Positions 1-10,440 are shown, counted from the stretch's first letter. The stretch: 64,000 nt of DNA from Eubacteriales bacterium (GCA_045655765.1 JAZOQA010000075.1:1676-65675), one strand, 5' to 3'. Made by a program: numbers and translations. The notes: a model not told the origin generated them from the sequence alone.

Positions 1-16
1 AAAAGTTGGTGACGAT

Positions 17-1180
17 ATGCAACACAGATTTAGTAATACAGAAGAAGCATTTCATACGGTTGATGCCAATATAGAAAAATATTTGGATTTTCTTTGTAAA
101 ATCTGTTCTTATGAGGCAAGAGCGTATGACAAAGAAACCATTGATTGTATGGTAAATTACATTGCGGCCTTTGCAAAACACGAAGGCTTGCAGGTAAAAC
201 GGACACCTATGGAAAAATGCGGTGATTTTCTCACCGTAGAAATCAATCCGGGTGCTGAAAAAGGCTGTCTTTTTCAAGCTCATATGGACACGGTTCACGA
301 AAAAGGAGTTTTTGGCGAGCCGCCCGTGCGAAGGGACGAAAATCGGATTTATGGTCCCGGGGTCATTGATTGCAAGGGTGGCATTGCTATTGCCCTTTTG
401 TGTATGAAAGCCCTGTTGGACAACGGCTTTAAGAAGCACGTTCGCTTGATCCTAACTTCCGACGAAGAGATTTCAAACATCTTAGGTGGCGAGAAAGAAA
501 TTCAATTCATCAAAGACAGTGCCGCAGGGTTCCCCTGTGCAATCAACTGTGAAACCGCCGAAAACGATGAGGTTGTAATTGCCCGCAAGGCTATTTTGAA
601 ATATCGGCTGGATATTCACGGTGTCAGCGGCCACTCCGGGAAGCATTATTTTATCAGCAAAAATGCTATTTTAGAAGCGGCACACAAAATCGTAGCTTTG
701 CACGAAAAGAGCATCCCGGGAGGAACTACATACAGCTGCAATATCATCGAGGGCGGTAAAGTTCTAAACATTATTCCCGACAGCTGTAGTGTTTCCCTGG
801 ATATTCGGGCAGTTACTGTTGAGGATATGGAAAACGCAAAGAAAACGGTCGATGAGATTGCACAAACGGCTTTTGTTTCGGGTACAAGCTGCGACGTAAT
901 CTTACTAAGCACTCGACCGCCTATGGAAAAACAACCTCAAACACTTGTCCTGTTAGACAAGCTGCTGGCTGTCTGCCACAAGTATCACCTCGGAACCCTG
1001 ACCCCTTTGGAGGGAGGTGGAGGTTCCGACTCCTGCTATACCCAATTAGCGGGTATTACGTCCATTTGCGGAATGGGTGCCAGCGGCGGCAAGCAGCATA
1101 CGCCAAACGAATTTCTTAACATCGCATCTATTCCACTACGTTCAAAAATCCTAACAGCTTTTTTGCTTGACGGTGATTGA
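17..1180 (+). CDS. M20 family metallopeptidase (carboxypeptidase G2 / glutamate carboxypeptidase-like)
   Basis: 387-aa ORF. M20 signatures are visible in the translation: AHMDTVH (metal ligands), GVIDCKGG, TSDEEIS (Glu pair) and a C-terminal GGGGSD. Confidence 0.75.
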   Translation: MQHRFSNTEEAFHTVDANIEKYLDFLCKICSYEARAYDKETIDCMVNYIAAFAKHEGLQVKRTPMEKCGDFLTVEINPGAEKGCLFQAHMDTVHEKGVFGEPPVRRDENRIYGPGVIDCKGGIAIALLCMKALLDNGFKKHVRLILTSDEEISNILGGEKEIQFIKDSAAGFPCAINCETAENDEVVIARKAILKYRLDIHGVSGHSGKHYFISKNAILEAAHKIVALHEKSIPGGTTYSCNIIEGGKVLNIIPDSCSVSLDIRAVTVEDMENAKKTVDEIAQTAFVSGTSCDVILLSTRPPMEKQPQTLVLLDKLLAVCHKYHLGTLTPLEGGGGSDSCYTQLAGITSICGMGASGGKQHTPNEFLNIASIPLRSKILTAFLLDGD

Positions 1181-1215
1181 ATCCAATAGCGTTGAAAATC
1201 AAGATAAAAATTGAT

Positions 1216-1250
1216 ATGCACCCCAAAAGTTATACACTTTTGGGGTGCAT
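1216..1250. terminator. Bidirectional intrinsic terminator between the convergent M20 peptidase and phosphatase genes
   Basis: Perfect 15-bp stem ATGCACCCCAAAAGT / ACTTTTGGGGTGCAT with a 5-nt loop. A/T-rich runs flank both sides. Confidence 0.75.
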
Positions 1251-1285
1251 ATTATTTCTAAATCCGCTTTTCTTATAAATGCGAG

Positions 1286-1981
1286 CTACACTTTTGAAAT
1301 TACGTATTCCGAAAAGGCTTTTATACTGTCTGATGCTCCAAGGGTCAAAATCTTTGATTTCGCTTTTTCAAATCTCTTATATGCTTTGATATCGGTGCGG
1401 TGAATATCGCTTCCAATGGCTAAAACCGTGCCATCATTCAGCCACCTCTTTATATGAGGCTTTACAAATATTCCACACAAAGCATCAGCGTTAAGCTGAA
1501 TTTTTGCACCTCTGTCAACAAGAATGTCTATATGCTCCGGGGTATATCTGTCTGCGTGTGCAAGAACAACCTCAAATCCACTATTGATAAGCCTTGAAAC
1601 CGAGCGACGGTATTCTGTTTTAAAAACTGTGAAAGGTAATTCCAAGAGGATAATATCGGTTCCCTTAACACAAAGATCGTGCAATTTGTCAAGATGCTCT
1701 ATTCCGTCACAAATAAGCACCTCCGCACCGAGAATAACCCGAGGCATCTCTTGTGTTAAAGCTGTGCTTAAATCCTCGAACGTGCGTTGCCTCAATGACA
1801 AAAATTGTTCGACTGAATGACTCTCAGGATAAAAATGCGGTGTCGCAACAACGGTATTAACACCGTGTGAAGCAGCATATTCAAGCTGTTTTTTTGATTC
1901 AGCCAAGGAAAAACTGCCGTGGTCTGCTCCAGGAAGAATATGTGCGTGAAAATCAATGATATCAAAATTCCTTGCACTCAT
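1286..1981 (-). CDS. PHP-domain protein-tyrosine phosphatase (CpsB / YwqE / PtpZ family)
   Basis: N-terminal IDFHAHILPGADHGS is the CpsB-type metal-binding motif, with later HFY and AHADRY His motifs. ATG at 1981 follows GGTGGTG. The ORF track starts at GTG 1987. Confidence 0.85.
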   Translation of the reverse strand: MSARNFDIIDFHAHILPGADHGSFSLAESKKQLEYAASHGVNTVVATPHFYPESHSVEQFLSLRQRTFEDLSTALTQEMPRVILGAEVLICDGIEHLDKLHDLCVKGTDIILLELPFTVFKTEYRRSVSRLINSGFEVVLAHADRYTPEHIDILVDRGAKIQLNADALCGIFVKPHIKRWLNDGTVLAIGSDIHRTDIKAYKRFEKAKSKILTLGASDSIKAFSEYVISKV

Positions 1982-1998
1982 TTTCACACCACCACTGA

Positions 1999-2799
1999 TT
2001 ATTTATTTTCCAAATCTTTGTTTCCGGGCTTTTGTGAATAAGTTTTACGTCCGTATTCGGTGCTATAAGATTCGTAATTCCTCTTACTTAAATAATATTT
2101 ACGCTTTTTCTTAAGGTTAATAGAATCAAGCACAATACCGAAAATTTCCGCATCGACCTGCCCAAGGGAGTTTATTGCAGCACCAACAGAGCGTACATCT
2201 GAATAGTCCGCACGAACAACGATTAGGTAGCCGTTTACGAATTCATTAAGAACGATAGCATCGCTCACAACATTTACAGGGGGAGTGTCAAATATGATAT
2301 AATCAAACCTCTCCTCGAGTATTGAAATAAGTGTCTTCATATTTGTGGAGTTAAGAAGACCGACGGGGTTGACAGTCTCTGCACCCGATGTGAGAATAGA
2401 AAAATTGGGTGTAGAGGTTGTAACTATATTTGGCTCGTCATCAATACCTGCAAGATATTCACTCAAGCCGTGAGTGTCTATACCTTTATCTAAAAGAAGC
2501 TGAGAAGTCCTTGATTTTCTCATATCACTGTCAATGAGAAGAACACGAATATTATCGGAATGCTGTGCTAAGGTAAGTGCAAAATTAACGGAAACAGAAG
2601 TCTTGCCCTCACCTGCGAATGCACTGGTTACACAAATTTTCTTGCATTTGTCATCAATTGGCAAATAAAGTACGTTTGTACAAAGAGACCTGTAAGCCTC
2701 ACGAACAGCAAACGGTGTGGATTCGTTAATCAAACGCTTTGCATCATTTGCCACGGTGTCGTGTGCTTGAAGTTTCTTTCTCTTAAAAAAACCAAACAT
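1999..2799 (-). CDS. BY-kinase catalytic subunit (CpsD / YwqD / PtkA-like tyrosine autokinase)
   Basis: Walker A SAFAGEGKTSVSVN, Walker A' LLIDSDMRK, Walker B IIFDTPP. The C-terminal tail is Tyr-rich (KYYLSKRNYESYSTEYGRKTY). ATG 2799 is preceded by GGAGGTG at 9-nt spacing. The ORF track start 2823 overlaps the upstream gene. Confidence 0.85.
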   Translation of the reverse strand: MFGFFKRKKLQAHDTVANDAKRLINESTPFAVREAYRSLCTNVLYLPIDDKCKKICVTSAFAGEGKTSVSVNFALTLAQHSDNIRVLLIDSDMRKSRTSQLLLDKGIDTHGLSEYLAGIDDEPNIVTTSTPNFSILTSGAETVNPVGLLNSTNMKTLISILEERFDYIIFDTPPVNVVSDAIVLNEFVNGYLIVVRADYSDVRSVGAAINSLGQVDAEIFGIVLDSINLKKKRKYYLSKRNYESYSTEYGRKTYSQKPGNKDLENK

Positions 2800-2800
2800 T

Positions 2801-3541
2801 TTAATTTCCACCTCCGTATCCACAGCCTTCAGTGCTCTTTACAATTTCTTGATACGGGATTACACCAAGCACCGGAATATCAAAGTAATCCTCAATCTTC
2901 TCCTTATCTCTGATAGTAACGTCAAAAAGAGCAAATACAAGTATTAAGCCGGCAGAGATAATAAAGCCGATAAGGAAGCCTATAATCGTATTACGAACTT
3001 CATTTTTGCTGTTAGGGTTTGCAGGATCAGGGAGCTTGGGTGAAGAAATAAGGTTCAAAAGTCCGCTGTCATCCTCTATTGAAGCTACAAGCTCTATGAG
3101 ACACTCAACGGTGGTTTGGGCAACCATATAGGCTATATAGGGGTCTGTATGAGTAATTTTAACATAGAATATCGGGTCATCTGACTTTACAAACGCAAGC
3201 ATAGACCTAAACTGCTCTGCCGTAACATCAACACCCTTTTCTTTTGCCGCATTTTGTACAGTCAAAGCAAAATCATCACCCATTGTTGTTGCATAAAAGT
3301 AATTATTAATTTGGTCTATAGCAATTTCAGGGTCATATATCGTGGGGGCAGACTTATCACTGTTTCTTTTGGGTTCTACAAGAAATAGTGCTGAAGAAGT
3401 GTACGTATCAACCTTGGTATAAGAATAGACGAAAAGACCGCTTGCACACAAAACCGAAACGATCAAAATAATCCAAGCCTTGGGGAGAAGCAATTCTATT
3501 AAATCTTTAAATGTGTGTTCCTTTTTTTGCTTTTTTTCCAT
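2801..3541 (-). CDS. Wzz/CpsC/YwqC-type chain-length determinant / BY-kinase transmembrane modulator
   Basis: 246 aa with an N-terminal TM (AWIILIVSVLCASGLFVY) and a C-terminal TM (IIGFLIGFIISAGLILVFALF) flanking an extracellular domain. It lies directly upstream of the kinase, in the canonical C-D-B order. Confidence 0.75.
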   Translation of the reverse strand: MEKKQKKEHTFKDLIELLLPKAWIILIVSVLCASGLFVYSYTKVDTYTSSALFLVEPKRNSDKSAPTIYDPEIAIDQINNYFYATTMGDDFALTVQNAAKEKGVDVTAEQFRSMLAFVKSDDPIFYVKITHTDPYIAYMVAQTTVECLIELVASIEDDSGLLNLISSPKLPDPANPNSKNEVRNTIIGFLIGFIISAGLILVFALFDVTIRDKEKIEDYFDIPVLGVIPYQEIVKSTEGCGYGGGN

Positions 3542-3623
3542 TTTAACCTCCGATGGAAGAAGTCGATTTTATCACAAAATTATGTGCCGCTTCAAAAATG
3601 GGCGGCACATAATTCCGATTAAT

Positions 3624-5402
3624 TCACATTGCGTCGTCAGCACCAGCTACCGTCTCTATCCATTTTGCGTAAAGAATTACCTTATAGCGACCTGTTTTTA
3701 CAGTTTCAACACGAGTAGCTTCGGAGAAATCATCAGCAGCATACCAACCTCCAAAGGTGTAATTTACCGTTTTGCCGTCAATTGTTTGGGACGCTTTGGT
3801 AGGTACGTAGGAGCTGTCAAGGTTAAGCTCGGTTATAATTCCGGAGACAGGAATGAAATCCTCGGCAAACTCACCGCCGTTAAGCTCATATTCAATCCAA
3901 GTGTCACAGGTGTCTTCTGCGGTCCACTCAACCTTTATCTTTTCATTCCATTTTGCGTAAAGAGTGATTGCACCGGAATTGATGCCGATATTTGAGATCT
4001 TGTTTGTAGAGGTCATAGCCTCATCCTTATACCAGCCACCAAATTCATAAACATAAGCATAAGTTACGCCGTCCTCTTGCGTGGGAATGACCTCAACTCT
4101 CGTTGGAATATAGTCTCCTGTGAGAGATAAAGTGCCGCTGGAAATGCCGGAAACGGGAACAAAATCGCCCTCAAAGGCTCCGCCGTTGAAGTTATATTCA
4201 ACCCAAGTGGAGCAAGTAACCTTGTTATCGGGAGTCCAATAAACGTGCTCGCCGTTTGCACAAACATCATTACCTGCACAAGCTAAGCAAACGGTATCGC
4301 AATGGTATGACGTATAAATGTCACCTGTATACTTAAGAGACATAGAGTACGTTGCCTGCTCCGAGATAATGGGCGTTGCAATAGTTACACCGCTCTCGAT
4401 GGTCTTTCTGAAATTAAGTCCCTCAACTCCGTATTGAAGGAGATTTCTAAAATAAGGATCGGTATTAATCTTATAGATGATTTGCATTGCACGGTATGCA
4501 AGAGAGCCATATCCTACAACAGCAAACGCACTCTCATAAACATTGTCAATTGTAGGGGTGGGAGCTTCGATTTCCACACAGTACCAATCCTCCTCCGCTG
4601 CCACTCTGTCTCCAGGGTAACCCTCGACACCGATCTTGACAATTTCATCAACCTCAAGTCCAAGCTCGGCAAGATACTGCTGAACTGCTGCACTTGAGCT
4701 TACGTGCTCTGCAAACCTTGATGCAAGTGCCTGTGCCTTTTCAACAGAATCACACTCAACAGCAGCCTTGGTTTCGTTACAGAACTGCACCATATCTCTG
4801 TTGATATAGATGTATTTGTACTGACCGTATGCATAATTGTTGGGAACAAGATAGCTTGTAGAAACAACCTCTGTTCCTGTGGGATTTCCTTCATTATCAT
4901 ACACAGTAACCGTCTTCTCGCCATATGTGAGGGGAAGAAGATTTGCAAGCTGCTTTTTAAGTGATCCGAACTCCTTCATACTATAAGAATCGTAGAGATT
5001 CAAAAGAAGCCCACGGTTATCAAGCTCATCGTAAAGCTCCTTGCTGTTTATAAGAACGATGGAAGCCTTTTCTTCTTCTGCATTAAGGAATTTCTCACGT
5101 GTATTTTCCGCAAGCACCGTTTCCTTATACTCATCGGCAGATATATAATGCATCACTACCGACGTTTTATAAAGACGCTCAAACTCGTCTTTGATTTTAT
5201 TGCTAACGGTCTGCTTTGCGTTTTCAACAGTTTCATCACCGCAAACAATGTAAAAATCAAGGGTCTTTTCCTCAACAACGGGAGGAACGTAGCCAAAATC
5301 CTTCAATTCCTCGTTTGCCTGTGAATTGATATCATCATCGCACGCAACCAAAGCGGAGCACATCATAAGCAAAGCCAAGAGTGCACATATCAGCTTCTTC
5401 AT
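3624..5402 (-). CDS. Large lipoprotein with two C-terminal Listeria-Bacteroides-type (Flg_new) repeats; N-terminal domain unassigned
   Basis: Signal peptide plus lipobox MKKLICALLALLMMCSALVAC. Two C-terminal repeats each run W(V/I)EY.(F/L)NGG.F..DF.PVSGI ... F/YxFGGWY ... LYAKW. Confidence 0.7.
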   Translation of the reverse strand: MKKLICALLALLMMCSALVACDDDINSQANEELKDFGYVPPVVEEKTLDFYIVCGDETVENAKQTVSNKIKDEFERLYKTSVVMHYISADEYKETVLAENTREKFLNAEEEKASIVLINSKELYDELDNRGLLLNLYDSYSMKEFGSLKKQLANLLPLTYGEKTVTVYDNEGNPTGTEVVSTSYLVPNNYAYGQYKYIYINRDMVQFCNETKAAVECDSVEKAQALASRFAEHVSSSAAVQQYLAELGLEVDEIVKIGVEGYPGDRVAAEEDWYCVEIEAPTPTIDNVYESAFAVVGYGSLAYRAMQIIYKINTDPYFRNLLQYGVEGLNFRKTIESGVTIATPIISEQATYSMSLKYTGDIYTSYHCDTVCLACAGNDVCANGEHVYWTPDNKVTCSTWVEYNFNGGAFEGDFVPVSGISSGTLSLTGDYIPTRVEVIPTQEDGVTYAYVYEFGGWYKDEAMTSTNKISNIGINSGAITLYAKWNEKIKVEWTAEDTCDTWIEYELNGGEFAEDFIPVSGIITELNLDSSYVPTKASQTIDGKTVNYTFGGWYAADDFSEATRVETVKTGRYKVILYAKWIETVAGADDAM

Positions 5403-5442
5403 TATGTAGATAAACCTCCAAAATTATAAAACTTACTGTATT

Positions 5443-5471
5443 ATTCTACAATATTATTATTTAAAAGTCAA
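5443..5471 (-). promoter_or_regulatory. Sigma-A-type promoter for the lipoprotein / BY-kinase operon
   Basis: Minus strand reads TTGACT, a 17-nt spacer, then TGTAGAAT (extended -10), about 40 nt upstream of the lipoprotein ATG. Confidence 0.55.
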
Positions 5472-5515
5472 GGGATTTCATAGCATTTTAAATATTTTTA
5501 CCCCTCTTTGTCGCA

Positions 5516-5547
5516 ATTCACAAAAAAGCATATCTGTTTTTGTGAAT
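5516..5547 (-). terminator. Weak hairpin after sigA/rpoD
   Basis: 11-bp A/T-rich stem ATTCACAAAAA / TTTTTGTGAAT with a 10-nt loop, 9 nt after the stop codon. There is no separate U-tract beyond the stem. Confidence 0.35.
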
Positions 5548-5555
5548 ATTGCCCA

Positions 5556-6608
5556 TCAGTTTGCAAGATAATCTTTAAGCGTCTTAGACCTTGAGGGGTG
5601 GCGAAGCTTACGAAGCGCCTTTGCCTCTATCTGTCTTATACGCTCTCTGGTGATATTAAATTTCTTTCCTACCTCCTCAAGGGTTCTTGGTCTTCCGTCC
5701 TCAAGACCAAAGCGCAGCTTAATAACCTGCTCCTCTCTTGGGGTCAGGGTATGAAGAACATTGCAAAGGTGCTCACGCAAAAGCGAGTACGATGCACTGT
5801 CAGAGGGAGCGGGTGAATCGTTGTCCTCAACGAAATCACCGAGGTGGCTGTCCTCCTCCTCGCCTATGGGCGTTTCAAGAGATACAGGATCTTGAGCAAT
5901 TTTGAGAATTTCGCGCACCTTTTCCGGAGTCATACCGAGTCTCTCTGCAATTTCGTCCGTCGTAGGCTCTCGTCCGCATTCTTGAAGTAATTGACGTGCT
6001 GTTCTCGAAACCTTATGTATGGTCTCAACCATATGAACGGGAATTCTGATTGTTCTCGCCTGGTCTGCGATAGCTCTGGTTATAGCCTGTCTTATCCACC
6101 ACGTTGCATAAGTGGAAAATTTATATCCCTTGCTGTAATCGAATTTTTCAACAGCTTTCATAAGACCGAGGTTGCCCTCTTGAATCAAGTCGAGGAAATA
6201 CATACCCTTGCCTACGTGACGCTTCGCTATGCTAACGACGAGGCGAAGGTTAGCTTCGATAAGCTCATCCTTTGCTGCCGCATTGCCAAGTGTAATTTGC
6301 TCGGCAAGATAAAGCTCACGTTCGGGAGAAAGAAGCGGAATTTTTCCTATCTCTTTAAGATACATACGAACAGGGTCGTCTATAGTTACAACTCCCTCAA
6401 GAAGCTTATCCATATTCTCAACGGATTTAGCATCCTGCTCGATTTCCTTCATATCATCGTTTTCAAGCTCGTCAGGGGAAACAGAATCAATATCAACCTG
6501 TGCAATATCGAAATTAATATCCTCAAGCGAAGTTACAAGCTGTGAATCTCCTATAGATCCCGACTCTCTGTCAATGTATTCGTTTACGTCAATTTTATCT
6601 TTGCTCAT
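5556..6608 (-). CDS. rpoD: Primary RNA polymerase sigma factor (SigA/RpoD)
   Basis: Region 2 [27 protein letters not shown] and region 4 [30 protein letters not shown], with an acidic N-terminal region. Confidence 0.97.
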   Translation of the reverse strand: MSKDKIDVNEYIDRESGSIGDSQLVTSLEDINFDIAQVDIDSVSPDELENDDMKEIEQDAKSVENMDKLLEGVVTIDDPVRMYLKEIGKIPLLSPERELYLAEQITLGNAAAKDELIEANLRLVVSIAKRHVGKGMYFLDLIQEGNLGLMKAVEKFDYSKGYKFSTYATWWIRQAITRAIADQARTIRIPVHMVETIHKVSRTARQLLQECGREPTTDEIAERLGMTPEKVREILKIAQDPVSLETPIGEEEDSHLGDFVEDNDSPAPSDSASYSLLREHLCNVLHTLTPREEQVIKLRFGLEDGRPRTLEEVGKKFNITRERIRQIEAKALRKLRHPSRSKTLKDYLAN

Positions 6609-6632
6609 TTTTTACCTTCCTATTAAAGTTGC

Positions 6633-8396
6633 TTAATTATTTCGTTTCTTTGCAAGAAACTCGTTAAGTCCTTCATACGTATTGGTTTGTTCTGATTTTT
6701 TTCTATCTACTGATCTTTTTAAAATTTCAATACTCTCTTTTAAGGTTTCATCTCCGTTATCCGTAAAGTCCTCACGCATAAGCCTCATACGGGTAATACG
6801 TCCAACCTCGTCGGGAGTAAAGAATTCATCAAAAACGGGAAGCGAGTCATCAGCAGGCTCATAAGACGATTTTAGTAATCTAAAAACACGCTTTCCAAGC
6901 TCTGTAAAGAAATGGTCCTCGTTTAGTATGTCGCCCTCGAACACCGTTTTTCTGTGATTTGGCATATAAAGTAAGAGTCCCAGAACCGTCTCCTCGTTTT
7001 TCGCTACGGCGGGAGCCTTGACAAAATCGGGGTTGGTTCTGTCGGAGAAGCCCTCACTTTTTCTTATAAGATTGCGGGATTCTTCCTTTGCGCGCTTTGC
7101 CGTTCGGCTCGACATAATACGCTCTACATCATTCTTTATGCTGTGCTTTTCAACAGCAAAAATTTCAGACACGGTGCGTATGTAAATATCACGTTCTGCC
7201 GCAGAATAAATCTCTGAAATCAAATTTTCTGTTTCTTTCAACGCCTTGATTCTGTCTTGCGGAAGCTGTATATCATAACGTGAAAGAACGCTTTCAAGCT
7301 TATAATCAAACTCGCTTTTTACGTCTCCGAGCAGCTCTTCAAACTTCTCTTTTCCATAAGTTTTTATATACTCATCGGGGTCCTTTGAGCCCGGAATACG
7401 CAATACACTGACGTCCACACCGACACTGCTAAAAATCTTCAGTGCACGTTCCGTTGCCTTCTGCCCTGCCTCGTCGGAGTCATAAGATATGATAACTTTT
7501 TTTGTATATCTGCTGATAATTCTTGCCTGCTCCTCGGTTATTGCAGTACCAAGGCTTGCGACAGCGTTTGTAAAGCCGGCGGAATGCATCGCTATGACGT
7601 CCATATATCCCTCGCACAGGATCAGCCGCTCTGCACACGTAAGCCTTGCAAAATTTAAGGCAAACAGGTTGCGGGATTTTTTGAACACGGGCGTATCAGA
7701 GGAGTTTTTATATTTAGGCACGGAGCCATCCATAACTCTGCCGCCAAAGGCAATCACGTTGCCCGAAACGTCGATAATCGGGAACATCACTCGGTTGCGA
7801 AACGCATCGTAATACGTTCCTCTTTCACTTTTACCGCATAAAAAGCCATCGACAAGCTCGTCATATCCGTATCCGAGCTTAAGCATATGCTTTGAAAACA
7901 TATCAAAGCTGTTCGGTGCAAAACCGAGTCCGAAATGCTCAATCGTTGCCAAGGAAAGCCCTCGCTTTTCCGTAAAATATTGAAGAGCCTCTTTAGCACC
8001 CGGAGCATCGGAGAAAAGACATTTGTTGAAAAACCTTGCCGCATCTACGTTCATTTGAATGAACCGACCCTTATCAACCCTCTTGTACTGAGGATAGCGG
8101 TCGTTTGTGATTGGTATTGTGATACCCGCTCTCTTTGCTAAAAATTCGAGTGCGTCGGGGTAATCGAGTCGCTCCATCTGCCGCACAAAGGTCACAGGAT
8201 CTCCGCCTACACCGCAGCCAAAGCAATAAAAGCTGTTGCTTGCGGGATAAACTACAAACGACGGAGTCTTTTCATTATGGAACGGACATAAGCCCTTTAG
8301 ATTCGAGCCTGCTCGCTTCAAAGGAATGTAGTTGCCTATCAGAGATTCGATGTCGTTTCTTGCGAGAATTTCATCGATTATCTCTTTACTTACCAT
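6633..8396 (-). CDS. dnaG: DNA primase
   Basis: Zinc ribbon CPFHNEKTPSFVVYPASNSFYCFGCGVGGD and TOPRIM segment LCEGYMDVIA ... SYDSDEAGQKA. It lies directly upstream of rpoD, the conserved dnaG-rpoD pair. Confidence 0.97.
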   Translation of the reverse strand: MVSKEIIDEILARNDIESLIGNYIPLKRAGSNLKGLCPFHNEKTPSFVVYPASNSFYCFGCGVGGDPVTFVRQMERLDYPDALEFLAKRAGITIPITNDRYPQYKRVDKGRFIQMNVDAARFFNKCLFSDAPGAKEALQYFTEKRGLSLATIEHFGLGFAPNSFDMFSKHMLKLGYGYDELVDGFLCGKSERGTYYDAFRNRVMFPIIDVSGNVIAFGGRVMDGSVPKYKNSSDTPVFKKSRNLFALNFARLTCAERLILCEGYMDVIAMHSAGFTNAVASLGTAITEEQARIISRYTKKVIISYDSDEAGQKATERALKIFSSVGVDVSVLRIPGSKDPDEYIKTYGKEKFEELLGDVKSEFDYKLESVLSRYDIQLPQDRIKALKETENLISEIYSAAERDIYIRTVSEIFAVEKHSIKNDVERIMSSRTAKRAKEESRNLIRKSEGFSDRTNPDFVKAPAVAKNEETVLGLLLYMPNHRKTVFEGDILNEDHFFTELGKRVFRLLKSSYEPADDSLPVFDEFFTPDEVGRITRMRLMREDFTDNGDETLKESIEILKRSVDRKKSEQTNTYEGLNEFLAKKRNN

Positions 8397-8494
8397 AAAA
8401 GCCTCCTTTTCGTTTTTACTTACATATTAATATACGACAAAAAAATCGAAAAACACTCTAATTTTTTGATTTTTGTACTAATTTATTTTTTTAT

Positions 8495-9124
8495 TTAAAA
8501 ATCGAATTTTTCACCGCTTTTTGTGATTTGCACCCGACCTGCGGTAATCTCTATTATTTTTGCTTCAAATTCATCGGCTACGAGCTTTTTAACTCTGCCA
8601 AAAACAGTAACGTCGGTCTCGTACTCCGTGTCCTCTATTTTAAAGCCGACCTCGCTAAACAAAACAGAAATCCTTTGAAAATCGGAATAGCTAACCTTGA
8701 TTTTGAAGCACAAATATACGTCATAGGTTATGATTTCAGCCGCATTAAGTGCACCAAGCGCCGCTTGTGTGTATGCGTGTACAAGACCGCCTGTGCCTAA
8801 AAGAGTTCCCCCGAAATAACGTGTAACCACTATAACGACGTCTGTGCAAGAATTTTTTCTTATAATATCAAGCACAGGCATCCCCGCCGTACCCTGCGGC
8901 TCACGATCGTCTGAAAAACGCATAATCGAATTTTCCCGCAAAAGATAGGCATACACGTGATGCTTTGCATCGGGAAATCTTTTCTTTGCGGATTCTATAA
9001 ACGCTATGGCATCAGCCTCACGCTCGACAGGCAGAGCTTCACCTCTAAAAACAGATTTTCTGTCCTCGTATTCGAAGCGTCCGTACTGTCGCACGGTGGT
9101 GTATGAATCAGCCATACCCATCAT
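8495..9124 (-). CDS. yigZ: YigZ / IMPACT family protein (UPF0029)
   Basis: The KSVFRGEA...HHVYAYLL...DDREPQGTAGMPVL...VVTRYFGGTLLGTGGL pattern is typical of YigZ. Its start overlaps the hflX stop in an ATGA. Confidence 0.8.
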   Translation of the reverse strand: MMGMADSYTTVRQYGRFEYEDRKSVFRGEALPVEREADAIAFIESAKKRFPDAKHHVYAYLLRENSIMRFSDDREPQGTAGMPVLDIIRKNSCTDVVIVVTRYFGGTLLGTGGLVHAYTQAALGALNAAEIITYDVYLCFKIKVSYSDFQRISVLFSEVGFKIEDTEYETDVTVFGRVKKLVADEFEAKIIEITAGRVQITKSGEKFDF

Positions 9125-10377
9125 TCCTCCGAAGTTATATATTTAGAATACATACCGCAACCCTTTGCGTCGAGGACAACTGTGACGAAAACTCCGTCCT
9201 CTCTGTAATCGACACACTCCACGGCATACGTATTATAAAGCGAGCTGACCGCCCCCTGCTCCATATACGGAATCAAAAGATTTACTCTTTTCTTTGCACG
9301 TTCAAGCACCTCGGCTACAAGTGATAGTAAGTCGTCAAGTCCTTCTCCCGTTTTTGCGGAAATAAATACCGAATCGCCGACACGTTCCTTTGAAATAGGC
9401 TCTTCCGCAGCGTCGCATTTATTATAAACGTAAACCGTGGGCTTATCCCCTGCACCGAGCTGCTCCGTAATTTCACGAGTCACCGCAAGGTGCTCCTCAA
9501 GCTCAGGATCCGTCACGTCAGAAACTACGAGTAAAACGTCCGCATACTTAACCTCGTCAAGAGTTGATTTAAACGCTTTTATAAGATGATGCGGAAGCTT
9601 TCTTATAAATCCTACCGTGTCAGTTAGCAAAACGGTCTCTCCGTTTGGAAGCTCAAGCTTTCTTGTCGTTGGGTCAAGAGTGGCAAAGAGCTTGTCCTCT
9701 GAGAGGACACCTGCTCCCGTAAGTGCGTTTAAAAGCGTTGATTTGCCCGCATTCGTATAGCCCACGATTGCAAGCTTATGAAGTCCGCTTCTGTCACGGC
9801 TCGCCCTCATTGTCGCACGGTTGCTCTCCATTTCCAAAAGTCTATGCTCAAGAGCGATGACGCGCTCCTTTAAATGACGTCTGTCGGTTTCAAGCTTTGA
9901 CTCACCGGGTCCTCGAGAGCCTATTCCGCCGCCTTGGCGTGAAAGCTCCGCCCCCTTGCCTATAAGTCGGGGAGCTGAATATTTGAGCTGTGCAAGCTCT
10001 ACCTGAAGCTTGCCCTCACCGCTGACTGCGTGCTTTGCGAAAATATCAAGTATCAGCATACTCCTGTCTATGACAGAAACACCGCCGAGGTCCTCTTCGA
10101 GATTGCGTATTTGTGCAGGAGAAAGCTCGAAATCAAAAACAACAAGCTCAGCCTCCAAGCTTTCGCAAAGCTCACGTATTTCCATAACCTTGCCGCTGCC
10201 GATACAAGTGCGTGGGTCATAGGTTTCTTTTACTTGAATTACCTTTGATAAAGAAACGCCACCCGCCGTGTCAAGCAAGCGTTCAAGCTCATCGAGTGAA
10301 CGGACACACTCCTCCGACTCCGAGGTGCTATGTGCAATTCCAACAAGAATTGCCTTGATTTGTCCACAGTCCGTCAT
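9121..10377 (-). CDS. hflX: GTPase HflX
   Basis: HflX N-terminal domain, then G1 GYTNAGKST, G3 DTVGF and G4 NKCD. ATG 10377 is preceded by AAGGGGGAGG. The ORF track start is 10413. Confidence 0.93.
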   Translation of the reverse strand: MTDCGQIKAILVGIAHSTSESEECVRSLDELERLLDTAGGVSLSKVIQVKETYDPRTCIGSGKVMEIRELCESLEAELVVFDFELSPAQIRNLEEDLGGVSVIDRSMLILDIFAKHAVSGEGKLQVELAQLKYSAPRLIGKGAELSRQGGGIGSRGPGESKLETDRRHLKERVIALEHRLLEMESNRATMRASRDRSGLHKLAIVGYTNAGKSTLLNALTGAGVLSEDKLFATLDPTTRKLELPNGETVLLTDTVGFIRKLPHHLIKAFKSTLDEVKYADVLLVVSDVTDPELEEHLAVTREITEQLGAGDKPTVYVYNKCDAAEEPISKERVGDSVFISAKTGEGLDDLLSLVAEVLERAKKRVNLLIPYMEQGAVSSLYNTYAVECVDYREDGVFVTVVLDAKGCGMYSKYITSEE

Positions 10378-10440
10378 TTTTACCTCCCCCTTATTACTCT
10401 TTACAAAATACAAAGCACTGTCGCTTTGTGAGGACTTTTA

